This document shows positions 18,905-25,408 of a stretch of 64,000 nt of DNA, piece by piece. The stretch is taken from the IMG/VR virus record IMGVR_UViG_3300045988_034366; one strand, 5' to 3'. Numbering within the stretch: position 1 is the first letter of the stretch; every line of letters starts with the position of its first letter. This DNA comes from a virus. Under the pieces are notes generated by a model, which was not told the origin of the DNA, searched no databases, and saw nothing but the letters and a program-made list of their open reading frames with translations. A program made the translations under genes and the position numbers.

Positions 18905-19327
18905 TTATACAATTAATTTCTTTTCTGCTGGCTTAATGAGAGGTGAAGGAGCTGGGTCAGGAACATCTTCCCACTCTTCAATAATAAAGTCAATATCCCT
19001 ATCTTGAAGCAATAGGCACTGCTTTCCATCCATCTCTACCACATCAAAGTTATAAGTAGTAACAGGATTATCTGTCACAACTCCATCTTTCAATGAGCCT
19101 GCTTGGTGCTTCCTCACTGCAAATCTTGCAGGATTAACACATACTATATCACCTACTTTAATATCTCTTACAGAACTACCTACTGCAAGTACTTTCTGAT
19201 ATTCTTTAAGACCTCCTTGCTGTCTGGCAGTATCTATAAGACCACCAATCTTTACATCCTTCTCATACTTATCCATTGTAGTGATAAGTGCAGTGAACAT
19301 TGGCTTTATCTTTTTAACTTTAAGCAT
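18905..19327 (-). CDS. GroES/Gp31-like co-chaperonin candidate
   Basis: 140 aa. The pattern IKPMF..., GGLI mobile-loop-like stretch, KVLAVGSSV, VGDIV and DRDIDFII parallels GroES. Confidence 0.4.
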   Translation of the reverse strand: MLKVKKIKPMFTALITTMDKYEKDVKIGGLIDTARQQGGLKEYQKVLAVGSSVRDIKVGDIVCVNPARFAVRKHQAGSLKDGVVTDNPVTTYNFDVVEMDGKQCLLLQDRDIDFIIEEWEDVPDPAPSPLIKPAEKKLIV

Positions 19328-19592
19328 TCTTCTCCCTAATTTGCTTGATTAACTTATATCTCTTTTTCATGCCCAACATCCTATCATAAGTGCAATTTAG
19401 TTTGCCTAATGAGGGGATGTTAAAATTGGTTCTTAACTTAGCAAAATCCTCTTCATTAAGATTCTCCTTTAATGGTAAGGATTGTATATGGTTTTTTATA
19501 AATAACCAATATGCCTTATATGCCTTATCTACCACTTCCTTTGGTAAATTCAACTCTCTAGATACCTTACCTACTATATCAGGATAACTCAT
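19320..19592 (-). CDS. small basic protein, possible HU/IHF-like DNA-binding protein
   Basis: 90 aa. The call rests on size, charge and position in a crAss-like late block. Weak. Confidence 0.3.
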   Translation of the reverse strand: MSYPDIVGKVSRELNLPKEVVDKAYKAYWLFIKNHIQSLPLKENLNEEDFAKLRTNFNIPSLGKLNCTYDRMLGMKKRYKLIKQIREKNA

Positions 19593-19969
19593 TTCAATTC
19601 AAAAAGTAACAATAGCTGGAAGTAACCAGTTTCCTCATCAATGTTAGGTATAAATCTAGGATTTATCTTACCATCAACAATAACCTTATTCTTCCTTAGC
19701 TTGCCCATAATTACTTGAAAGTGTGGGAGAGTGATATTACACTCTTCCCTTACTTTCTTTTTTGTGTCCTCACTCATGATAACCTTATCAAGGATATTGT
19801 CATCCTTAATAACTTTACTGAGCTGGTATCTTTGCTTTACAAAAGCAGTAATTACGTCAATCTCTCTATTTGTTAGATTATGAAAAGGCTGTAGAAATTC
19901 AAACCAATATCTAAAGAACTTACCATTTAATGAAGTGGGTATCCTAACTATGTTGTTAGCCTTCTTCAT
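19589..19969 (-). CDS. hypothetical protein (possible winged-helix DNA binding)
   Basis: 126-aa ORF, translationally coupled to the next gene. Confidence 0.5.
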   Translation of the reverse strand: MKKANNIVRIPTSLNGKFFRYWFEFLQPFHNLTNREIDVITAFVKQRYQLSKVIKDDNILDKVIMSEDTKKKVREECNITLPHFQVIMGKLRKNKVIVDGKINPRFIPNIDEETGYFQLLLLFELK

Positions 19970-19977
19970 AATAGTAC

Positions 19978-20280
19978 TTACGCCTTAGTTACAGTCTCTG
20001 GCTCCTCTTCTTGCTTTGGAACTGTCATTATACTTTCAATCTCAGCAACACACTTTTCAAGGAAGTCTTGCTTAAACATATGACCATTCTCTACTACCTT
20101 GAACAAGTAATCAAGTCTCTTGAACATGTTAGCCATATTCAACTCTTGCAACTTTGCAAACAGCTGTCTATTTTGTTCACTAAGTTGATGGGCAACACTC
20201 TCAAGCTGCTCATAAGACATCTTTTCAGGTCTCTGCACCTGTGGCTTCATTTCCACAACTTTCTTCTTTTGCTCTTCCAT
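19978..20280 (-). CDS. coiled-coil protein
   Basis: 100-aa ORF with heptad-like composition. Confidence 0.5.
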   Translation of the reverse strand: MEEQKKKVVEMKPQVQRPEKMSYEQLESVAHQLSEQNRQLFAKLQELNMANMFKRLDYLFKVVENGHMFKQDFLEKCVAEIESIMTVPKQEEEPETVTKA

Positions 20281-20282
20281 TT

Positions 20283-20531
20283 TTAATATTTGTCTAAGTG
20301 GTTATGACCGAATCTATTCCTATAGAGGCTCTCCCATTCCTCTATGGAGCATTCTGCTATGTCAGTAGACCCACAATTATCACAATATTCTGAGTCTTTC
20401 ATGTCTAGGACATGCCTTACATTCAATGATAAACAATGCTTGCAGTAAAATACTGGCTCATTATTGTAATCATTATGCGGTTTTCCTCTGTCTGTGCTTA
20501 AGTTGCTCATATATTCTCTTCTTCTCATCAT
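20283..20531 (-). CDS. zinc-ribbon protein
   Basis: 82 aa with paired CxxC motifs (CKHC...CDNC). The start may instead be the Met at 20510. Confidence 0.5.
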   Translation of the reverse strand: MMRRREYMSNLSTDRGKPHNDYNNEPVFYCKHCLSLNVRHVLDMKDSEYCDNCGSTDIAECSIEEWESLYRNRFGHNHLDKY

Positions 20532-20787
20532 TTAGACTACCTTTCTTATGCTTAGCATTATTGAAAGGTCTCTTAGGATAAATAACTCCATCAAGGGAGA
20601 TATAGCCCCTTCTGATTGCTCTTCTCACAGACTTAAACCTGCTTACTGCTTCATAAGTTCTCAGGTGAAGAATATCTCTTTCATAGAAATCTCCCACAAT
20701 ATCTACTCTATTCTTCTCCATGTAATCCTTGAACTCCCCTTCACTCATCAAGGGTCTTTCTACTAACTTCTGCTCTTCCATATTCAT
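20473..20787 (-). CDS. hypothetical basic protein
   Basis: 104-aa ORF. Its 3' end overlaps the next ORF. Confidence 0.5.
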   Translation of the reverse strand: MNMEEQKLVERPLMSEGEFKDYMEKNRVDIVGDFYERDILHLRTYEAVSRFKSVRRAIRRGYISLDGVIYPKRPFNNAKHKKGSLNDEKKRIYEQLKHRQRKTA

Positions 20788-20792
20788 AATGT

Positions 20793-20972
20793 TTACTTGA
20801 AATAAATTAGAACAAACTGCCCATTCTCTTTTAAGAGGGATACTATATCTTCTCTTTTTATACCAACCTCATTAGCACTATTAACAATACCTCTAATAGT
20901 TGTAGCAGTAAGAGCAGTCATAATTCCTGGAGCCTTAGTCCTAGCCTTTTTTACTCTTTCAATTTCTTCCAT
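20793..20972 (-). CDS. small hypothetical protein
   Basis: The track ORF (to 21110) runs across two tRNA genes. It was trimmed to the internal ATG at 20972-20970 (MEEIERVKKART...), giving 59 aa. Confidence 0.45.
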   Translation of the reverse strand: MEEIERVKKARTKAPGIMTALTATTIRGIVNSANEVGIKREDIVSLLKENGQFVLIYFK

Positions 20973-20987
20973 ATTACTTGAATTAGT

Positions 20988-21058
20988 TGCAGGGGAGAGA
21001 CTCGAACTCTCAACCTCAAGGTTATGAGCCTTGCTAGCTACCATTGCTATCACCCTAC
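20988..21058 (-). tRNA. tRNA-Met or Ile2 (anticodon CAT)
   Basis: Cloverleaf read on the reverse complement. D arm TAGC/GCTA, anticodon arm CAAGG-CTCATAA-CCTTG, T arm GAGAG-TTCGAGT-CTCTC. Ends are +/-2 nt. Confidence 0.8.
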
Positions 21059-21070
21059 GATGTATATTAG

Positions 21071-21143
21071 AGCCTCTTGTAGGAATTGAACCCACATCTT
21101 CTGAGTACAAAACAGAAATAATAAACCTTTATACTAAAGAGGC
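21071..21143 (-). tRNA. tRNA-Thr (anticodon TGT)
   Basis: Acceptor GCCTCTT/AAGAGGC, anticodon loop TTTGTAC, T loop TTCAATT. Confidence 0.8.
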
Positions 21144-21147
21144 ATTG

Positions 21148-21233
21148 TAGCTTCAGTGGGACTTGAACCCACACTTCCATTACTGGAAAACAGAGTTTAA
21201 GTCTGTCGGGTCTACCTATTCCCCCATGAAGCC
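21148..21233 (-). tRNA. tRNA-Leu (anticodon TAA), type II
   Basis: Anticodon arm ACAGA-CTTAAAC-TCTGT, long variable arm, T arm GTGGG-TTCAAGT-CCCAC. Confidence 0.85.
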
Positions 21234-21239
21234 TTCGTT

Positions 21240-21686
21240 TTAATAAGGTCTTACATCACACAGACCAAACAAGTATCTATACTTGTTGATATTCTGTATA
21301 AATGTCTCACATTCTGAAGTGATGCCTTTATATATAATCTCTTGAGGAATCTTGTCATAAAAAGATAATGTACCTACTTTAACTTCTTCAATGAAGTCTA
21401 TAGCATTTAGTGTATTACTTGCAGTACCTTTAATAACATTAGGTTGCATCTGCCCAAGTATTCCCATATAACCCTCTGCAAGCCCATCCTGATAATCTGA
21501 TAGTATAACAAGAAACTCATCAAGATACACATGAATATTCTTCTTAGGTGCTGCCCAATGGAGGTTTTTACACTTAGTTTTCCACCCCTCAAGTTGATTG
21601 AGGAAACTTATGAAGAATTGACTTCCTGTAGGAGAATTATTCTCTCTTTCCTCTTCCATTGGTGTAAACAAGCTATCTTCAAACAT
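21240..21686 (-). CDS. Dps/ferritin-like four-helix protein candidate
   Basis: 148 aa counted from ATG 21686. The track start at 21713 is a TTG inside the promoter box. KNLHWAAPKKNIHVYLDEF...DYQDGLAEG resembles the Dps ferroxidase-region pattern. Confidence 0.4.
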   Translation of the reverse strand: MFEDSLFTPMEEERENNSPTGSQFFISFLNQLEGWKTKCKNLHWAAPKKNIHVYLDEFLVILSDYQDGLAEGYMGILGQMQPNVIKGTASNTLNAIDFIEEVKVGTLSFYDKIPQEIIYKGITSECETFIQNINKYRYLFGLCDVRPY

Positions 21687-21706
21687 ACCTTTTCTATTGT
21701 TTTGAT

Positions 21707-21742
21707 GTTGCAAAGTTAAGTAAAATATTTGTAACTACCAAA
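21707..21742 (-). promoter_or_regulatory. Bacteroidota-type promoter (-7 TAACTTTG, -33 TTTG, 20-nt spacer)
   Basis: The reverse complement of 21711-21718 is TAACTTTG and TTTG lies at 21742-21739. The spacer sequence resembles that of the promoter at 24479-24510. Confidence 0.65.
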
Positions 21743-21775
21743 CATTTTCTTAACTATTTTCCAATTATTTTCTAG

Positions 21776-21856
21776 TACCCCCTAAGAGACTCGAACTCTT
21801 ACACATTGCTGCGTATGCTCCTAAGGCATATGTGTCTACCATTCCACCAAGAGGGC
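21776..21856 (-). tRNA. tRNA-Leu (anticodon TAG), type II
   Basis: Acceptor GCCCTCT/AGGGGGT, anticodon arm TATGC-CTTAGGA-GCATA, long variable arm, T loop TTCGAGT. Confidence 0.85.
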
Positions 21857-21996
21857 ATTATGACAGCTTCCTACTGGGGTTTCACCTGAATCCTATTAAA
21901 ATAGGTCTACTGTATTCACACTGCCTTTTCATAAGTAGCATAGAGGCTAATGTGTAACTTATATTATCTACCTTATTAGCATACTATTACTTACTG

Positions 21997-22071
21997 TGGG
22001 TGTTCAAAGAATCGAACTTTGTTCTAAGGATTTTCAGTCCTCCGCAATGTAACCATACCTGCCCAGCACCC
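21997..22071 (-). tRNA. tRNA-Phe (anticodon GAA)
   Basis: Anticodon arm GAGGA-CTGAAAA-TCCTT, T arm CAAAG-TTCGATT-CTTTG. One acceptor mismatch. Confidence 0.8.
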
Positions 22072-22139
22072 ATAATGACTTATTTGTGTCTCTCCCCACA
22101 TCACCTTCCATAAGTCAAGGACGAAGATTTCTATTGAAG

Positions 22140-22224
22140 TGGGAGTAAAAGGACTCGAACCTATTGTGTTTCTATGTGCCAGATTTACAGTCTGGTGCCC
22201 ATCCACCATCTGAGCAGTACTCCC
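22140..22224 (-). tRNA. tRNA-Tyr (anticodon GTA), type II
   Basis: Acceptor GGGAGTA/TACTCCC, anticodon arm CCAGA-CTGTAAA-TCTGG, long variable arm. Confidence 0.85.
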
Positions 22225-22376
22225 ATAAATTATTTCCCAAGTTAGTAAAGGTAGTTACCTAGGAGGTAACATACCTGAGGGCAAGTAAGTTATATTTGAA
22301 AAAGCCTGACTTACCCTTCTTTTAAGAAATGAAATAACCTTTTTCATATCACTTAATTTAAGGGATTAATAATTAG

Positions 22377-22449
22377 TTTCCCCACTAGGAGTTGAACCTA
22401 GCTCTCATGATTAAAAGTCAAGAGCATCCACCATCAATGCTTTGGGGAA
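22377..22449 (-). tRNA. tRNA-Lys (anticodon TTT)
   Basis: Acceptor TTCCCCA/TGGGGAA, D arm GCAT/ATGC, anticodon loop CTTTTAA. Confidence 0.85.
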
Positions 22450-22607
22450 ATGAAGCAGGGTCTTTTATAGAGGTCCTTCTGCTTTAGCTAGTTAGCTATT
22501 CTAGCTAATTCTCCCTGCATACCTCTTATTGTCACTACATCCTATATAGGAATTGTAAAAGGAAATAATATCCTATAGGAATAGCATATAAAAGATGCTT
22601 TGTCCTA

Positions 22608-22907
22608 TTACTCTCCTTCAACCATTTTGGGAGGATTTTGTTTAATAGTATTACTATCTTTTCTTTCATATTTCTCAGACCATGCTTTTGTTATGCCAGC
22701 GGATGTAAATACAGCAGCAACAGCACCTATATATGCAGCTAGACCATTTAAGTCTGTTGCTATAGTATGGTTATATATCACCTCTACTATAAGTAGTATT
22801 GCTGGTACTAATAGCAGTACCAAACCTATTACTGTAACTGCTACAAGGAAGAAGTTCTTTGAACTAACTCCTGTATTATTCTTTATAAGTTTATCTATAT
22901 AACACAT
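22608..22907 (-). CDS. small two-TM membrane protein embedded in the tRNA array
   Basis: 99 aa with two hydrophobic spans (FFLVAVTVIGLVLLLVPAILLIV and LAAYIGAVAAVFTSAGI). The overlapping plus-strand ORF 22600..22902 was judged a shadow. Confidence 0.5.
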   Translation of the reverse strand: MCYIDKLIKNNTGVSSKNFFLVAVTVIGLVLLLVPAILLIVEVIYNHTIATDLNGLAAYIGAVAAVFTSAGITKAWSEKYERKDSNTIKQNPPKMVEGE

Positions 22908-22915
22908 GACTTAAG

Positions 22916-22990
22916 ACTTGGAGGTGGGATTTGAACCCACGAATCATCAGATTTGCAGTCTGTGCCCTTAAACCACTCGGGTACTCCAAG
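22916..22990 (-). tRNA. tRNA-Cys (anticodon GCA)
   Basis: Acceptor CTTGGAG/CTCCAAG, anticodon loop CTGCAAA, T arm GTGGG-TTCAAAT-CCCAC. Confidence 0.8.
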
Positions 22991-22994
22991 GTAG

Positions 22995-23071
22995 TACTGG
23001 CAGAGGGACTTGAACCCCCATGTGACCAATTACCCTTTCTAGACTGTATAAGAGTCAGGGGATATGCCAGT
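22995..23071 (-). tRNA. atypical tRNA-like gene (possible anticodon TAT, Ile); no canonical D arm
   Basis: Perfect 7-bp acceptor (ACTGGCA/TGCCAGT), discriminator A and canonical T arm (GGGGG-TTCAAGT-CCCTC). The 43-nt core forms only a GACT-CTTATAC-AGTC hairpin starting 8 nt after the acceptor. No D stem-loop could be drawn. Confidence 0.5.
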
Positions 23072-23078
23072 ATGTTGG

Positions 23079-23150
23079 GGTGTCTGATGGGAGTTGAACC
23101 CACACAATTTGGAGCCACAATCCAAAGCTCTACCATTAAGCTACAGACAC
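23079..23150 (-). tRNA. tRNA-His (anticodon GTG)
   Basis: Acceptor GTGTCTG/CAGACAC, D arm GCTT/GAGC, anticodon arm TTGGA-TTGTGGC-TCCAA. No G-1 is encoded. Confidence 0.85.
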
Positions 23151-23152
23151 AG

Positions 23153-23224
23153 TTCTGATGAGTAGACTCGAACTACTAACTACTGCCTTATGAGAGCAGC
23201 TTTCTACCATTGAAATACATCAGA
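23153..23224 (-). tRNA. tRNA-Met or Ile2 (anticodon CAT), second copy
   Basis: Acceptor TCTGATG/CATCAGA, D arm TTTC/GAAA, anticodon loop CTCATAA. Confidence 0.85.
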
Positions 23225-23229
23225 ATATG

Positions 23230-23302
23230 TAGGGATAATAGGACTTGAACCTATAACTCCTTCCGTATCAGAGAAGTGCTCTAACCATTGAACTATATCC
23301 CT
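23230..23302 (-). tRNA. tRNA-Ile (anticodon GAT)
   Basis: Acceptor AGGGATA/TATCCCT, anticodon arm CTTCT-CTGATAC-GGAAG. Confidence 0.85.
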
Positions 23303-23308
23303 ATATTG

Positions 23309-23380
23309 CTGATGGGATAGGATTTGAACCCATATCAGCTGGTTTTGGAGACCAGTATTTTACCATTAAACTACCCATCA
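23309..23380 (-). tRNA. tRNA-Trp (anticodon CCA)
   Basis: Acceptor TGATGGG/CCCATCA, anticodon arm CTGGT-CTCCAAA-ACCAG. Confidence 0.85.
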
Positions 23381-23387
23381 ATTTCTG

Positions 23388-23459
23388 CGGGGGTAGAGAG
23401 AATCGAACTCTCATCTCTTGATTAACAGTCAAGTGCATAGACCTTCCAGCTACACCCCC
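23388..23459 (-). tRNA. tRNA-Asn (anticodon GTT)
   Basis: Acceptor GGGGGTG/TACCCCC, anticodon arm CTTGA-CTGTTAA-TCAAG, T arm GAGAG-TTCGATT-CTCTC. Confidence 0.85.
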
Positions 23460-23465
23460 TAATTG

Positions 23466-23539
23466 TTGCTCCTATAGGACTTGAACCTATGACCTTTTCC
23501 TTGTAAGGGAACTATTCTTAACCACTGAACTAAGGAGCA
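23466..23539 (-). tRNA. tRNA-Val (anticodon TAC)
   Basis: Acceptor TGCTCCT/AGGAGCA, anticodon loop CTTACAA, T arm ATAGG-TTCAAGT-CCTAT. Confidence 0.85.
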
Positions 23540-23621
23540 ATGAAGCAGTTTCTTTAACCTCTAACTGCTTAAAAAGAGGGTTCAAGCAAAAGCTCAACAT
23601 TATGAAAACATGAAACATGTG

Positions 23622-23695
23622 TGGAGAATGAGGGACTTGAACCCTAAACTTGACTTTGCAAAAGTCATGTGTTAGCCAATTACACCACAAACCCC
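23622..23695 (-). tRNA. tRNA-Ala (anticodon TGC)
   Basis: Anticodon arm TGACT-TTTGCAA-AGTCA, D arm GTGT/ACAC. The acceptor keeps G3:U70 but has two U-U mismatches. Confidence 0.7.
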
Positions 23696-23700
23696 ATTAG

Positions 23701-23773
23701 TAGGGAAAAGGAGACTCGAACTCCTGATTTCTTGCTCCCAAAGCAAGCTCCTTGACCACTAGGATATTTCCCT
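23701..23773 (-). tRNA. tRNA-Pro (anticodon TGG)
   Basis: Acceptor AGGGAAA/TTTCCCT, D arm TCCT/AGGA, anticodon arm CTTGC-TTTGGGA-GCAAG. Confidence 0.85.
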
Positions 23774-23778
23774 ATAAG

Positions 23779-23864
23779 CGGAGAGCAATGTACTCGAAAC
23801 ATATACAATTACTTGTACACTTTGCTTAGCAGGCAAGCCCTATAACCTCATAGGTTTACTCTCC
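23779..23864 (-). tRNA. tRNA-Ser (anticodon GCT), type II
   Basis: Acceptor GGAGAGT/GCTCTCC, anticodon loop CTGCTAA, long variable arm. Confidence 0.8.
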
Positions 23865-23869
23865 AATAG

Positions 23870-23955
23870 TGGAAGTGTGAGATGTCGATTCCCATACCTT
23901 TTATGGTACCCATAGTTTTCAAGACTAGTCTAGAGGCCGCTCTAGTTACACTTCC
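23870..23955 (-). tRNA. tRNA-Ser (anticodon TGA), type II
   Basis: Acceptor GGAAGTG/CACTTCC, anticodon loop CTTGAAA, long variable arm. The T loop (ATCGACA) is unusual. Confidence 0.75.
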
Positions 23956-24003
23956 AATTTGCCTACCCTACCGCTGTAGGAATAGGACTTTTAAGTCGGG
24001 TCG

Positions 24004-24076
24004 CAGACTATGAGGGAATTGAACCCTGACCTTCACATTGACAGTGTGATATGCAAACCATTACACTACATAGTCT
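24004..24076 (-). tRNA. tRNA-Asp (anticodon GTC)
   Basis: Acceptor AGACTAT/ATAGTCT, anticodon arm TCACA-CTGTCAA-TGTGA. Confidence 0.85.
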
Positions 24077-24082
24077 ATATAG

Positions 24083-24155
24083 TAGAGCCACTGGGAATTG
24101 AACCCAGATTTCTGCCTTGAAAGAGCAGTTACCTAACCTTTTAGTAGATGACTCC
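24083..24155 (-). tRNA. tRNA-Glu (anticodon TTC)
   Basis: Acceptor GGAGTCA/TGGCTCT, anticodon arm CTGCT-CTTTCAA-GGCAG, T arm CTGGG-TTCAATT-CCCAG. Confidence 0.8.
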
Positions 24156-24161
24156 ATTTAG

Positions 24162-24233
24162 TAGGGAAGTAAGGACTTGAACCTTATCCTTAGCCTTGAG
24201 AGAGCTATGACCTAACCTATAGTCTACATCCCC
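24162..24233 (-). tRNA. tRNA-Glu (anticodon CTC)
   Basis: Anticodon arm TAGCT-CTCTCAA-GGCTA, T arm TAAGG-TTCAAGT-CCTTA. One acceptor mismatch. Confidence 0.75.
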
Positions 24234-24242
24234 ATTTCTTAG

Positions 24243-24314
24243 TACCCCCTGAGGGAATTGAACCCCCATTAAAGGCTTAGAAGACCCTTGCATTATCCAT
24301 TATACTAAGGGGGC
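24243..24314 (-). tRNA. tRNA-Arg (anticodon TCT)
   Basis: Acceptor GCCCCCT/AGGGGGT, anticodon loop CTTCTAA, T loop TTCAATT. Confidence 0.85.
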
Positions 24315-24318
24315 ATTG

Positions 24319-24389
24319 TTGTTCTCATAGGACTCGAACCTATAAACTCAGCTCCAAAAACTGATGTGTTACCATTACACCAGAGAACA
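24319..24389 (-). tRNA. tRNA-Gln (anticodon TTG)
   Basis: Acceptor TGTTCTC/GAGAACA, D arm GTGT/ACAC, anticodon arm TCAGT-TTTTGGA-GCTGA. Confidence 0.85.
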
Positions 24390-24478
24390 ATAAAAAGAGT
24401 ACCATCTTAAAACAACTGGTTAAGATGATACTCAAACAAAGATGAATATTCACCTAAAACCACCTCTCAATTGCAGTG

Positions 24479-24510
24479 CAAAGGTAAGCATAATTTTTGA
24501 AACTACCAAA
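24479..24510 (-). promoter_or_regulatory. Bacteroidota-type promoter driving the tRNA array (-7 TACCTTTG, -33 TTTG, 20-nt spacer)
   Basis: The reverse complement of 24479-24486 is TACCTTTG and TTTG lies at 24510-24507. It sits about 90 nt upstream of tRNA-Gln. Confidence 0.7.
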
Positions 24511-24599
24511 TATTTTCTAAAATATTTTCAAGCAAAGCACTGCATTTGTCTATAAGAGTAAAAGAAATTTGCTAGGTTTTAGGTTCTCTAAAGTAAATA

Positions 24600-25007
24600 C
24601 TAACTCTTCTCTGCTAATTTATTAGCCCAGAGTTCAGTATAAAACTTATAGTAATTCCAACTGAATCCCATCATACCACAAATGCTATACACTATAAGAT
24701 GTAATAAAGATGGGATGCCTATAACTACTAAATATAAAGGACCTAGAATCCTAGATTGTTTACTATGTCCATGACTATGCTTAACAGCTGTATCTGTGGA
24801 CATAGTATTCACAAAGATATAGCTACCTAAAGACATAGTTGGTAGCACATAATTATATATTATAGTATTACCTCCTACTATACCTTCTCTATATGCTGCC
24901 TCACATAATATACATAATATACCTTCTATACAAATAGCAAGTAGATTCTGTGGGAATTGCCATAACCACATCAATGAATCCTTAATATAACTACTAATCT
25001 TCTTCAT
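24600..25007 (-). CDS. multi-pass membrane protein, unknown function
   Basis: 135 aa counted from ATG 25007. The track start at 25052 is a TTG. Several hydrophobic spans. Confidence 0.5.
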   Translation of the reverse strand: MKKISSYIKDSLMWLWQFPQNLLAICIEGILCILCEAAYREGIVGGNTIIYNYVLPTMSLGSYIFVNTMSTDTAVKHSHGHSKQSRILGPLYLVVIGIPSLLHLIVYSICGMMGFSWNYYKFYTELWANKLAEKS

Positions 25008-25289
25008 TATTAAATATAATTTATCCCTAGAGCTGGGTTTAACAGCCTTCAAGACAGCTATTTTAGCTTTCCTATCAATTACTTACTTCAGTAGACCCGG
25101 GCTTTTAATCCTCTAAAGTCTGATTCCCTGTGCCTTTTCTCAGTGTGATGTGCTCAGACAATCTACCTTATAAAGTAATCATTTGTGTAGTATTGGGGAC
25201 ACCTCTCTATTATTTATAGATACTACCCAACTTCTGCCCCATTACTTTTTATCCTCATGGGGGATAACCTAATCACACTTAGGTTCTAC

Positions 25290-25325
25290 GGTGCAAAGAT
25301 AAGAAAAAAAAATGACATGGCCAAA
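25290..25325 (-). promoter_or_regulatory. Bacteroidota-type promoter (-7 TATCTTTG, -33 TTTG, 20-nt spacer)
   Basis: The reverse complement of 25294-25301 is TATCTTTG and TTTG lies at 25325-25322. It precedes a ~280-nt leader before ATG 25007. Confidence 0.65.
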
Positions 25326-25408
25326 TTTTAGTCATGCTATTTTATAACTAGGGGCAGCAAGATAGAGTACAACAACACAAAAGCTAGCCCATAATATAAA
25401 AAATGTTT

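Noticed and set aside
21148-21856. Possible suppressor tRNAs / stop-codon reassignment (tRNAs with anticodons TAA and TAG)
   Set aside because: Anticodons TAA and TAG read the Leu codons TTA and CTA. Suppressors would need TTA, CTA or TCA. TerL, portal, MCP, polA and the giant ORF are all uninterrupted in the standard code.
22024-23690. Track ORFs 22024..22209, 22891..23136, 22931..23158 and 23487..23690 (and 29034..29225 on the other cluster)
   Set aside because: They run straight across several well-folded tRNA genes. Their reading frames are a by-product of tRNA sequence.
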